A stretch of 56,246 bases of DNA from an uncultured Saprospiraceae bacterium (lineage in GTDB: Bacteria > Bacteroidota > Bacteroidia > Chitinophagales > Saprospiraceae): contig CALJIQ010000215.1 in NCBI GenBank assembly GCA_937973995.1, positions 1 to 56,246 of the forward strand, read 5' to 3'. This document shows, piece by piece, positions 20,569-30,875 of this stretch (its first letter is position 1; each line of letters opens with the position of its first letter). The position numbers and the translations under genes are program-made. The notes beneath the pieces were generated by a model. That model saw only the letters and a list, made by a program, of their open reading frames with translations. It had not been told where the DNA came from and ran no database searches.

Positions 20569-22233
20569 TTATAAAACCAATAACTTTTGAAATAACCCTT
20601 TCTCCCCCCTCACCATATAAAGCCCCTTAGGAAGGAATTGAATATCTATTGTTTCTTGATGTTGAATTAGAAATTCCTCCACCAATACGCCACGCATATC
20701 ATAAATACCTATGAGCTGTGGTTGATTCTTTTTCACTTCTATTGTTAGATATTGATTGGTGGGGTTTGGGTAAATCTGAAAGTCTTGTTCTTGTACTTGT
20801 ATTTCATTAGTGGACACCAATCTACCGCAAAAGGAGGAATCGGGAGCTAACTCAAGATAACCAGTTGGTTCTAACCCTTTTGAATCAAAGGCTGAATAAT
20901 CTAAGGGATAGCGGTTCATTCTAAAGGTTACATTCTCATTACGTTCTATACTGTCCCCTTGCAGCACAGAAGAACCTGCTCGAATGGGAACCAAATAGGA
21001 CCACACGATGTCTTGGTTGGAATTTAGTTCATAGGCAAACCCATATCTGCCAGAAAGGGCAAGTATATTTCCGTTTGGTAGAAATTGTGCACTGGATAGG
21101 GAATTTGAAAAAGCTCGAATATCTTCTCTTTCAGGATAGATAAAAGTAGATAAAAAATCAGCTGGCTGAAAAACTTGGTCTTCTTGTAAATAAGATTGGG
21201 TGTTATTATCAAAACTAGTCTGCACACTATTGATCGTTGCAAAGTCTATTCCTACTCGATTATTAAAAAAAGCCAGTACCCCAAAATTTGCTTCATCGGG
21301 TGTGGCAGTTGGTTGTACCCAATGAACATCATGTTGAAAAAAGCATTTTTTATTTGCTTCGGTTCCTTGATTGTATGCGGCCGGATTTCCCCATCGGTAT
21401 AACAAATCCCCTCCTTTACCACTATTACCTCCTGTATGTCCTGCTGCCTCGGTAGTCGTTGTGCTGTGGTCTATTATCCAGAGTTCATTAAAATAAGGGA
21501 CACTCAAGACAATTTGATCTAATACGGGATTATAATCAATCGCATTGATGTGTAACCAATCTGGATGTCCGTCATGTTCATCGTAATTAATATTAATAAG
21601 TTCTGGGTGATTGGCAATAGCGCCAAAATTTAATTGCCCAGCATCAAAGTCTTGAATAAGGTGATTCCATGCATCCCATTTCCAAACAATCTCATCTGAA
21701 TTGGGATTCCATTCTAAAATCATTTCTGACCATACTTCTCCTTGTTGTAGCAATGCTGGATTACGTCCTGCAGCAATAGCAGTCAAGGAATCTTTCAATG
21801 CCCATGCGATCATCAGAATATTGCCATTAGGTAAAGCAGCAATATCATGGTGCAAGCGAGCGGTATCATTATTCAGACTGTAACTTGACAATAAGTCATT
21901 TTCCCAAGTTCTAACCTCCACAGTCGCACCACCCCCCCCTGCCCAAATTCGATCATTAACAGTCGCATCAAATCTTCGCTGACATTTAATCAAGTTACCA
22001 TTCTCTAAAATATAGGCAGAATTACCTGGGCGCGAAGTAGTATCCCCTTCCCAAGTATGAACTATGCGGCCACAGTTATCCAGTAAATAGGTATTCGATT
22101 GGTTATGCGGATAAATTAAGTTATACCCCGGGTAGGACTGTTCTCGATCATTGTTCAATAAGCCGACTGTATTTTGAGATGTACTTACATTCAGAAATAA
22201 GAAGGATAGAATTAAAGTGAGGGTATGCTTCAT
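20569..22233 (-). CDS. Arylsulfotransferase (ASST)-like beta-propeller protein with a type A T9SS C-terminal sorting domain
   Basis: Starts at MKHTLTLILSFLFLNVSTSQ (ATG at 22233). HHDIAALPNGNILMIAW, DWLHINAIDYN and GGDLLYRWGNPAAY resemble the ASST family. C-terminus FQIYPNPTNQYLTIEV...GLYMVRG is a Por-type CTD. Confidence 0.62.
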   Translation of the reverse strand: MKHTLTLILSFLFLNVSTSQNTVGLLNNDREQSYPGYNLIYPHNQSNTYLLDNCGRIVHTWEGDTTSRPGNSAYILENGNLIKCQRRFDATVNDRIWAGGGGATVEVRTWENDLLSSYSLNNDTARLHHDIAALPNGNILMIAWALKDSLTAIAAGRNPALLQQGEVWSEMILEWNPNSDEIVWKWDAWNHLIQDFDAGQLNFGAIANHPELININYDEHDGHPDWLHINAIDYNPVLDQIVLSVPYFNELWIIDHSTTTTEAAGHTGGNSGKGGDLLYRWGNPAAYNQGTEANKKCFFQHDVHWVQPTATPDEANFGVLAFFNNRVGIDFATINSVQTSFDNNTQSYLQEDQVFQPADFLSTFIYPEREDIRAFSNSLSSAQFLPNGNILALSGRYGFAYELNSNQDIVWSYLVPIRAGSSVLQGDSIERNENVTFRMNRYPLDYSAFDSKGLEPTGYLELAPDSSFCGRLVSTNEIQVQEQDFQIYPNPTNQYLTIEVKKNQPQLIGIYDMRGVLVEEFLIQHQETIDIQFLPKGLYMVRGEKGLFQKLLVL

Positions 22234-22587
22234 ATATTTTAGGTTGAGAGATAAGGGTGTTAAAAAATTAGTCCTTTGACAAAACACATAAAGTGAACTT
22301 TAGCACAGCTTTAAGAACTTCGTGAGAGGGGAATGAGATGGAGCAAAAGTTTTTAAAGCCAGTAGATTTTAAGAACTTTCACCCTCCCTTAATACCTGCT
22401 CACCAAGTTCTCAAAACAAGCTTCTTACATCCTTAGTTGCGAATTAATAGAAGGAAGCGTCCATAAAAAAAACCATATCCAAACATACATTCAGATATGG
22501 CTTTTTAAAAGCTATGATTATCAATTATTCAACTTTAGTCAAACAAATGACAATACGACTATTTTTAAAATCTATTTAAAGATTTCA

Positions 22588-23508
22588 CTATTTCAAGGTA
22601 AATGGCCAAGAACCACTAGGATGTGTGATGAAAACTTCACCAGACTCACTATAAGTATTCTCCCATTTAATTCTCCATACTGCTCCGTCGATATCAGAGT
22701 CATAAGTCCAAGTATCACCGAAAGAATCCGTAAAGCCTGTAAAAGAAACTTCTTGACAAACTTCTGTGAAAGTAAGTCCAGGCTGGTCTGCTGTACCACC
22801 ATAGCATGGGCCATAAGCACCGAAAGACCAATCAGAGAAGTGATAAACACCTGCTCCTAAGGCTATGATCTCAACAGAGCCATCATCTACACTGCCACCA
22901 CACCATGCATCAGCACTAGTGCGAGAATAACTACCTGTTAAATCAGATGGACATGCTGCAGGCATGGTAAAATTAAAGTGACCACGGAAAGCTGCACCTG
23001 TTACTGTAGAAGAGGAATTAGCTTGTCCATAAGAACTTCCATCATTTAAGGTTACCGACCCGATGAAATTAAAGTTATCACCAGGTGATACATCATCTGC
23101 TGATAAACCGAAAGCAGATAAAACATCTGAAGAATTAATACAAATCTCACCAGGAGATTGGAAACCATTTGGACTGGCAGAAAAATCACCTGCTGAAAAC
23201 GTTCGGAATACATTAGGTCCAGCAGACTTATCTCCATTGGACGAATCGTTATCATCATACTCTACCAAAAGCTGATATTCAGACACTTGCCCACCTTTTT
23301 CATTATCTACAAATTCTACGGTATAACAATAATTAACACCGTTTATATCCAATAAATTGAATAAGTTATTTCCTTGGTCTAGTAGCCTTGGGTATGCTCC
23401 TTTGGTTGCCCCATCAAAGGTAGCAATTGGAGCCAAGTTTTCATCTTTACAAGAAGTAAAGACAACTACAAAAGCAAGGAAAAACAATAATATTTTATTT
23501 TTCAACAT
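22588..23508 (-). CDS. Surface lipoprotein encoded downstream of susD (function unknown)
   Basis: 306 aa with the lipobox VVFTSC. It occupies the position usually held by a surface glycan-binding protein in SusC/D loci. Confidence 0.7.
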   Translation of the reverse strand: MLKNKILLFFLAFVVVFTSCKDENLAPIATFDGATKGAYPRLLDQGNNLFNLLDINGVNYCYTVEFVDNEKGGQVSEYQLLVEYDDNDSSNGDKSAGPNVFRTFSAGDFSASPNGFQSPGEICINSSDVLSAFGLSADDVSPGDNFNFIGSVTLNDGSSYGQANSSSTVTGAAFRGHFNFTMPAACPSDLTGSYSRTSADAWCGGSVDDGSVEIIALGAGVYHFSDWSFGAYGPCYGGTADQPGLTFTEVCQEVSFTGFTDSFGDTWTYDSDIDGAVWRIKWENTYSESGEVFITHPSGSWPFTLK

Positions 23509-23558
23509 AGTTAGACTATTATTTAATTATTTGAATCTATGAGACTACAATGAACTTA

Positions 23559-25286
23559 TTAATAAGTTCTAGCAGAACCATCATCCCAGAATACTCTTTC
23601 TGTAAGAGTTTTTTGATTGGCATTCGCATTTCTATTCACATGACTAGCAGGTAAAAAGAAAGAAAGAATGAAATCACCTGGCGCCGCTTCTTCAGTTGGT
23701 GCCATACCTAATGGCATACCAGTTCTACGGTATAGGTTGTAGGCTTCTAGACCATTACCCCATAAAGCGATATAGTATTCCTTCATCACTGCATTTAATT
23801 TTGCAGTGGCATCTCCTCCATCAAACTCCGCTAAAACATAATTTACATATTCATCAATATCTTCCGCCTTAGGAACATATACTTCTCGAATATTTGTTTC
23901 TTCTCCTGTTCTTTCATTAACTACTGTTCTATCAATAGTTGCTGCATCTAAAGATTCAAAAGACTGAACTTTTGCAATTGATTTTCTAATACCACTTTCC
24001 AATAATGCTCTAGCATCTTCGCCAGTACCTAATGTCAATGCCGCCTCTGCTCTCATAAAGTCAACAAAGGAAGATAGCATAATCGGGAAAATTCCTGCTC
24101 CTTGTCCACCAGTTGTACCTGCCTGTCTAGTATCTGTAAAAGAGTTATCATCAAATGATCCACCAGCAGGATATAAACCATAGGAGGTACGGATAGGGCC
24201 ATCTGGTGGAATACCAGAACCATTTCCGTGGTCTCTACCATAGTATCCATCATCCCATGCTACACAGTAAGGAATTCTTGGATTAATTGCTTCCCAGTGT
24301 CCTGGTGTGAATCTAGTGTCATCTACACTTTCAGGTAAACCTAGTAAGCAAGAATACACTGTAGGATCCAAACCGTAAGACGCATCTACCTTTCTATAGA
24401 AGTAATATCGGATACGTGGATCAATTAACTGACTTCCATTCTCTCTCTCCTTATCCGCTCTTAATAACCACATATAGTAGTTAGAAAGGTAATCGCCATC
24501 TCCTAATTCATAATGATTGTTATAGAGTGGGTGACGAGAATTCGGGTTGGTTCGCTGACTTCCGAAGTTAGCTTGGAAATCATCAGATATATCAGAAATG
24601 AAGTTCCCACTAGAAACAATTGAACTAACTGTAGAACCAGCACCTGAGTCAACTAAACGAGTAGTGAGAGCCGCTCTTAATTTTAAAGTATTCGCCGCTT
24701 TGACCCATTTGGAGGCATCTCCTCCATAATAAAAATCGTTAGAAGGTCCAGCTGCACTTGTGCTTGATAATTGACCAATTGCTTCATCTAACAATGCAAC
24801 GGCTGCTGCATAAACATCTGCTCCATTGTCTGCTGTTGGGCTAATCAAATCAGTACCTTGTCCAGCTTGGCTTAAAGGTACATTTCCAAGATTATCCACC
24901 AATGCCATTAACACATAAGCTTTCATCGTCTTAACGATTCCTGAATGTACATCTAATCCATTGGCCTCTGTTAATTCTAGCAAGGCATCTATATCTGGAA
25001 ACAAATCAGCATAAGCTCTTTGCCATAAGAAGTTAAAAGCACTTGGGCTAGTATTGGCTTGATAGGTAAAACTCCCCATATGGTACATACGAGACATTCT
25101 TCCACCACTTGCCTGAGCTGCATTAAAGGCATCTCCAAAATCTAATTGAATAGAGTTGAAAAGGTCATTAATACTAGCGTTTTCTGGCGCTACTGAGTTT
25201 GGATCTTGTTGTAAATCCAAATCAGTATCACAAGCCCCAATCGCTACTATCAATGACACTAAAAATAATTTATATATAAATTTCAT
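23559..25286 (-). CDS. SusD/RagB family nutrient-binding outer-membrane lipoprotein
   Basis: Starts at MKFIYKLFLVSLIVAIGAC (ATG at 25286, lipobox). About 575 aa, lying immediately downstream of susC. The sequence is TPR-like and helical, typical of SusD. Confidence 0.85.
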   Translation of the reverse strand: MKFIYKLFLVSLIVAIGACDTDLDLQQDPNSVAPENASINDLFNSIQLDFGDAFNAAQASGGRMSRMYHMGSFTYQANTSPSAFNFLWQRAYADLFPDIDALLELTEANGLDVHSGIVKTMKAYVLMALVDNLGNVPLSQAGQGTDLISPTADNGADVYAAAVALLDEAIGQLSSTSAAGPSNDFYYGGDASKWVKAANTLKLRAALTTRLVDSGAGSTVSSIVSSGNFISDISDDFQANFGSQRTNPNSRHPLYNNHYELGDGDYLSNYYMWLLRADKERENGSQLIDPRIRYYFYRKVDASYGLDPTVYSCLLGLPESVDDTRFTPGHWEAINPRIPYCVAWDDGYYGRDHGNGSGIPPDGPIRTSYGLYPAGGSFDDNSFTDTRQAGTTGGQGAGIFPIMLSSFVDFMRAEAALTLGTGEDARALLESGIRKSIAKVQSFESLDAATIDRTVVNERTGEETNIREVYVPKAEDIDEYVNYVLAEFDGGDATAKLNAVMKEYYIALWGNGLEAYNLYRRTGMPLGMAPTEEAAPGDFILSFFLPASHVNRNANANQKTLTERVFWDDGSARTY

Positions 25287-25493
25287 TGTTTTAAAATTTT
25301 GATGTCTATGATTGTTTAGAAATAGTGAAATTTCAACTTCTTGGGGCATAGTCTTTCTATGCCTAGTTGAATTCTAATCACTAAACAACCATAGATTCTT
25401 TCGAGTAGAATCTTTATGGCTGTGGGAACCGATTTCAACAGTTTAGGAACTTTTAAAATCTTCACAGCCTCTTACCAAAAAGAGCATCACTTT

Positions 25494-28400
25494 CTAGAAA
25501 GTTGCATTCAACGTTACACCATATCTCTTAGAGGTAGGTGCAGAACGGAAGTCAAAACCTCTACCGTTTCCTACTCCTAAACTCAATACCTCAGGATCAA
25601 AATTGATTCCTTCAGGGAAGTTAGGTGCATTATACCATAAGTTTTGACCGGAGAATGTTAAACCAATTCTTCCGAAAGGAGTTTTAGCTACTACATTATC
25701 AGGTAGTACATAAGCCAAAGAAACCTCTCTCAAACGAATAGCAGTCGCATCAAATACCCCTCCCTCATCTGCGAAGAAATAAGCTCTAAAGAAAGAGTCA
25801 CCAATATAAGTCTGAATATCATTAGGCGTACCATCTGCTTTTACACCAGGTAATACTAAAGGCACGTTACGATCTACATCAGTATCAACGGTATTACCCC
25901 TTGCCATTAATGCTTGAACGGAAGAAGAATAAATATCTCCACCATCTACATAATCCCACTGGAATCCGAAAGATAATCCTCTCCAAGAGAAGTTATTAAT
26001 CCAGTTAGCGGTAAAGTTTGGATTTGGATCACCAATAATACCTAGCTCACCAGAACCTTGATAATTACCCTGTGCAGTTACGATCAAGTTACCTTGTGCA
26101 TCCTTTAAGAAAGGCTCTCCTTGCATAATACCATAAGGCTCTCCAGGAATTGCCCAGTTACCTAATCCTCCAGTAAATCCAGCTGCACCTGCAGCACCTA
26201 ATACATCATTTTCTCCATTCGTTGCAATTTGAATTTGGTCAACTCCATCAGCAATCTTCAATACTTCTGAAACGTTCTTAGTATAGTTCAAAGTAATGTC
26301 CCAAGTAAAGTCTCTACTCTTAACAGGAGTAATATTCAAGCCTAATTCAACTCCTCTGTTCTGTAACTCTGCTGCATTAATAGTTGTATTGGTGAATCCA
26401 GTTGCTGGATCCAAGTTCAAATCAACAATCAAATCAGAAGACTGTCTGTCATAAACAGATAAATCAACGCCTAATCTATTATTCAAGAAACGAGCTTCCA
26501 CACCACCTTCTAACTCTACGTGTAACTCTCTTGTTAAATTAGGATTACCTAAACGATTAGATAAAGAGTTAACGTTTAATACACTTCCACCTCTAGTTAC
26601 GAATTGGTTGGTAGATGTACCTAGAATAGTTCTAGTCTGATATGGAGACGGATAACCTGCAGATGTACCATATCCTGCTCTAATTTTCAAGTAATTAATA
26701 ATATTACTATTCACTAAGCTAGGAATCGCTTCAGACAATACAAAAGATGCACTTGCAGAAGGATAGAATACAGAACGGTTATCTCTTTCTAAAGTAGAAG
26801 TCCAGTCATTTCTAGCCTGGAAGTTTACATATAAGTAATTCTTATAACCTAAAGTAGCGGTAGCATAAGCACCAAAAGTATTTTCCTTAGTGATACCAGA
26901 GAATGCTCTGTGGTCAATAAAGTTACCGTGATTGAATAAACCAAATACCAATTGGTTAGTACTCAATAAGAAATTCGCATCTCTAGATTCATTTCTTAGG
27001 TTTAATCCTATGATACCGTCTAAAGATAAATCTTCATTGATCTGATAGTTATATAGTAAGTTAACCAACTGATCGGTAATTCTATTCAATCGATTAGAAG
27101 AAGTCATTCTACCATCTGGTGTCTCTGTTCCTCCTCTATTTAACGTTCTGATTTGATTCTGAGAATACTGATCAATACCAATACGATAAAGTGCTGTTAA
27201 CCAAGGCGTTAATTCATAGCTCAATTCTGTAGTAGAAAAGAAACGCTGAATTCGCTCATCATCAGAAGAGTTATTTAAAATCCACAATGGATTCATAATA
27301 GGCGATCCTCTACGATAGTAGATATTAGAACCATCAATAGGACTTTGGTAAGGTAAGCCCAATAAGTCATTTGATCTTGGTGTAAATAGTAAGGCACCAT
27401 AGAACCCACCGTCACCAGTAGCATCACCACCAAATGCCTGTGCAGTTAAAGGTGTTTTACGCTCAGAATCAACATAGTTGAAAGAACCTTTAATTCTAAG
27501 TCCATTCTGTAAAGTAGTCTGTGCACCTAAACCAAAGTTATGCTTTCTAATTACATTACTTGGTCCTCCTCCTCTTTGCTCATCTAAGTTAGGCGTAAAA
27601 CCTTCATCATTTAAGTAAGAGTATGTTGCACTGATTGAAGAGTTAGCTCCTAACTGACTTTGAACAGAAATAGACGTGTTAGAAGTCAAGCCTTTTTCCC
27701 AAAAGTTTTCTACACTTTCATAAGGTTCATAAACATAATCTGCACCAATGAACTCTGGTACATCATCATTATACTGTGCTTGATCTAATGGGTGAGTAAT
27801 AAGAACTTGACCATTTCTTTCTCCTTTATAATCTGAACCATAAGAAGAAGGATTTAAATCATCAAAAGCAGCACCCCAGTTAGAGAAGAACCAACCGAAA
27901 CCTGCGTTAAAACCATTACCAAAAGTATTTTGGTAATTAGGAACATTCGCAATCTCTGTTTGAGAAAGAGATTGTGTAACAGAAACTTCTAATTTTTTGT
28001 TAGCGTTAGCTCCACCTTGACCGTTCTTTGTAGTAACTAAGATTACCCCGTTACGACCTGCTTCCCCATATAATACAGTTGCACTCAATCCTTTTAAGAT
28101 TGAAACTTCCGCAATACTGTTAGGGTCTAAGTCTAAGAAACGGCTAGAGGCAGTCGCACCACCTGAACCAAAACCTTGATCTGAGTTAGTATCCGTATTA
28201 AATGGAATACCATCAATAACAAATAAAGGTTGGTTGTTACCTGAAATAGAAGAGTACCCACGAATAATAACGTTGGTACCAGAACCAGCCATACCAGAAG
28301 TTTGAGTAATATCTACTCCTGTTGCTTTTCCTCTTAAAAGACGAGCAACATCCCCTTCAGGTCTTCCCTGAATCTTATCATTGGAAATGGTAGATACTCC

Positions 28401-28754
28401 GTACCCCAATGCTTTCTTTTCCTTCTTGATACCCAAACCCGTTACTACGACTTCGGTTAATTCAAGTCCTTCGGAAAGGATAACATCTAGTACATTGGAA
28501 GCACTTGTTGTTACGTCTTTACTGGCATAACCAGTGTAACTAAATTGCAGGGTTTGTTCCCCTGTCGGAACCTCTAAACTATATGTGCCATCAATATCAG
28601 TGACAGTACCAATAGTAGAACCCTCAACTAGTACACTTGCACCAATTAAGGGTTCTCCGGTATCGTCCGTTACTGTACCCGTTATAGTACGTTGAGCCAT
28701 AACTGAGCCACATAGGAATAGAAACATTCCAAAAACTAGTGACAGTTTTTTCAT
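25494..28754 (-). CDS. SusC/RagA family TonB-dependent outer-membrane transporter
   Basis: 1086 aa. It has a signal peptide, a carboxypeptidase-regulatory-like N-terminal domain (ITGTVTDDTGEPLIGASVLVEGS), a plug (VVVTGLGIKKEKKALGY) and a C-terminal aromatic residue (..LNATF). There is no STN signalling domain. Confidence 0.93.
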   Translation of the reverse strand: MKKLSLVFGMFLFLCGSVMAQRTITGTVTDDTGEPLIGASVLVEGSTIGTVTDIDGTYSLEVPTGEQTLQFSYTGYASKDVTTSASNVLDVILSEGLELTEVVVTGLGIKKEKKALGYGVSTISNDKIQGRPEGDVARLLRGKATGVDITQTSGMAGSGTNVIIRGYSSISGNNQPLFVIDGIPFNTDTNSDQGFGSGGATASSRFLDLDPNSIAEVSILKGLSATVLYGEAGRNGVILVTTKNGQGGANANKKLEVSVTQSLSQTEIANVPNYQNTFGNGFNAGFGWFFSNWGAAFDDLNPSSYGSDYKGERNGQVLITHPLDQAQYNDDVPEFIGADYVYEPYESVENFWEKGLTSNTSISVQSQLGANSSISATYSYLNDEGFTPNLDEQRGGGPSNVIRKHNFGLGAQTTLQNGLRIKGSFNYVDSERKTPLTAQAFGGDATGDGGFYGALLFTPRSNDLLGLPYQSPIDGSNIYYRRGSPIMNPLWILNNSSDDERIQRFFSTTELSYELTPWLTALYRIGIDQYSQNQIRTLNRGGTETPDGRMTSSNRLNRITDQLVNLLYNYQINEDLSLDGIIGLNLRNESRDANFLLSTNQLVFGLFNHGNFIDHRAFSGITKENTFGAYATATLGYKNYLYVNFQARNDWTSTLERDNRSVFYPSASASFVLSEAIPSLVNSNIINYLKIRAGYGTSAGYPSPYQTRTILGTSTNQFVTRGGSVLNVNSLSNRLGNPNLTRELHVELEGGVEARFLNNRLGVDLSVYDRQSSDLIVDLNLDPATGFTNTTINAAELQNRGVELGLNITPVKSRDFTWDITLNYTKNVSEVLKIADGVDQIQIATNGENDVLGAAGAAGFTGGLGNWAIPGEPYGIMQGEPFLKDAQGNLIVTAQGNYQGSGELGIIGDPNPNFTANWINNFSWRGLSFGFQWDYVDGGDIYSSSVQALMARGNTVDTDVDRNVPLVLPGVKADGTPNDIQTYIGDSFFRAYFFADEGGVFDATAIRLREVSLAYVLPDNVVAKTPFGRIGLTFSGQNLWYNAPNFPEGINFDPEVLSLGVGNGRGFDFRSAPTSKRYGVTLNATF

Positions 28755-29226
28755 ACGAATCCGATTTTATTTAATTAAATAAATTTGTCTAGCTTAGAAA
28801 ATTCTTATTGACTGTTTGGTTATAATGATTGATGGATTGAAAAAGTAGGTGGGGTTTTAATATTCAATCATCCTTGCATTTATTCATCCAGACACTAAGA
28901 AAGGCCAAAGCTAGTAAAGAAATCTATTTTTTTATAATAATAAATTAACTTTTTCTTAACCGTGTATTTTTAGACTAAACTGATTTTGGGTAGAAAATGC
29001 TGCTTTTGGGTATGAAATTTATTTTCCACAAAATATCTACTCATTAAAATAATAATATTTTATTTTATTTTTCATATATATCACCTTATTTTATTGTAGG
29101 AAACCCAATTTTTATAATATATTTTTAGGAAAATGTAAATTTCTACTTTTTTGCTTTTTACTGGCAAAATTTATTTTGAGTTATTGCTTTTAAAAAAAAG
29201 TTTAACATTTAAAAAGCGAATTTTCG

Positions 29227-29949
29227 CTATTTTTCTACGTTACACTGTTTCAAATATTGCGTTATGGATTGTTCCAAGCCCATATATAGCGCATCTGTAA
29301 TTAGCGCATGTCCTATAGACACCTCCTGTACGTAAGGTACATTTTTAAGAAAGTAAGCTAAATTCTTTAAATTCAAATCATGCCCAGCATTAATTCCTAA
29401 GCCTAAGGAGTGAGCTAATTTTGCACTGCGAATAAAAGGATCCACCGCTTTTTTTCTTGCTTTTGAAAATTGATGTGCATAAGGCCCCGTATAAAATTCT
29501 ATTCTATCTGCTCCCACTTCTTTAGCCCCTTCTATCATTTTTTCGACTGGATCAATAAAGATAGAAGTTCTTATTCCTGCTTCCTTTAACGGTCCTATTA
29601 CGTCAATAAGAAATTTCTTGTGCATTATCGTGTCCCAGCCCGCATCAGAAGTCAATGCGGTTGGAGCATCTGGTACTAAAGTGCATTGATCGGGTTTGCT
29701 TTGCTGAACTATTTTAAGAAACTTAGGAATAGGGTTTCCTTCAATATTTAGTTCCGTTTTCACTACGCTCTTAAGCGCAGATACATCCTCATAGCGAGCA
29801 TGCCTTTGATCTGGTCGAGGGTGAATAGTTATGCCTAGTGCTCCATAGGTTTCGCAATCCTTTGCTACTTGCACTAAATTTGGATAATTCGCACCTCTTG
29901 AGTTCCTAATCAGCGCTACTTTATTGATATTCACACTTAGTCGAGTCAT
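29227..29949 (-). CDS. pdxJ: Pyridoxine 5'-phosphate synthase
   Basis: 240 aa. LSVNINKVALIRNSRG...ITIHPRPDQRH...EFYTGPYA...NAGHDLN are conserved PdxJ blocks. Confidence 0.94.
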   Translation of the reverse strand: MTRLSVNINKVALIRNSRGANYPNLVQVAKDCETYGALGITIHPRPDQRHARYEDVSALKSVVKTELNIEGNPIPKFLKIVQQSKPDQCTLVPDAPTALTSDAGWDTIMHKKFLIDVIGPLKEAGIRTSIFIDPVEKMIEGAKEVGADRIEFYTGPYAHQFSKARKKAVDPFIRSAKLAHSLGLGINAGHDLNLKNLAYFLKNVPYVQEVSIGHALITDALYMGLEQSITQYLKQCNVEK

Positions 29950-30005
29950 TTATTTCTTTATTTGAAATGTACTCGCCTAATTTATTAGGCTGAGTAAGTT
30001 TTTAA

Positions 30006-30113
30006 TTTTTAATGATTGAATTTTGAATGGGACTCCTCCTAAATCTTAGTATTTTCGTCTTATTGCGTCCCGTTTCATTCAAAATTCAATCATTCAAAAT
30101 TCATCATTAAAAA
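30006..30113. repeat. Family A long element (MITE/REP-like), copy 4
   Basis: The TTTTGAATG-word arms flank the core CTTAGTATTTTCGTCTTATTGCGTCCCGTTTCATTCAAAATTC. That core closely matches the reverse complement of 51636-51680. Confidence 0.85.
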
Positions 30114-30875
30114 GACGTCCAACCATTTTCAAAAGGGGAAGCAAAAATACATTAAACCCAGAATTGCTGCTTTTTTGGCTAATAGTATCTTTTTAGAGCC
30201 CCTTTTAAAATTCATCTGAGCCTCAAAACAGTAAGAGTAGGTCTAAGTGGTTGGCATGGTTTTTCATCTAAGTCAAAAGGAAAAGAACAGAATATCTGAT
30301 AAAATCCTCCCTTCCAGTATCTTATATAGGTTCAAAACTCAAAAAAGTAAACTTTTTTCTGGTTCAAAGGAAAAAATGTCACTATATTCACCCCCAACTC
30401 TTGTAGTCTATTTGTGAATAGCAATTCCAGAATGAATTTTAAGCTTTTTCTTTTCTACTTTTCTCAAAAATAGTTTTCATTCCTATTGCAAATTCTAATT
30501 GACTAACAGGGTGGAGAAAAACGTAGCAAACATACTAAAGTGGACTTTACCAATGATTGGTTATTATCCAAGCAGCGGTTGATCTAATAATCAAATCAAG
30601 TTCCACAACGAGAAAACTAAAAACCCTTTATTATCGGTCTCCTTGAAATGTACTGCATACCCCTTTTAAGCCTATAATCAATATCTTTTCAACTGAAAAG
30701 ACGTACTAGACTGAGAAATCAGACAAATTAATTTTACATTTCAATTACTTCTGATAATTGTTTCTACAATTTCCATAACACCCAGCTTACGACATCCTTC
30801 TGAGAAATTTTGAATCGCCCCATCCTTCTGGGGTGTATGTGCCTTTTATTTTTATAATTGGGAAAATAAATACTA

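Noticed and set aside
21024-25349. Internal or antisense ORFs in the ASST-like, lipoprotein and susD genes, and the 5' extensions of the susD (to 25349) and ASST-like (to 22287) ORFs
   Set aside because: The long sense ORFs have clear family features. Proper signal peptides or lipoboxes begin at the internal ATGs 25286 and 22233. The extensions add hydrophilic residues ahead of the signal sequence.
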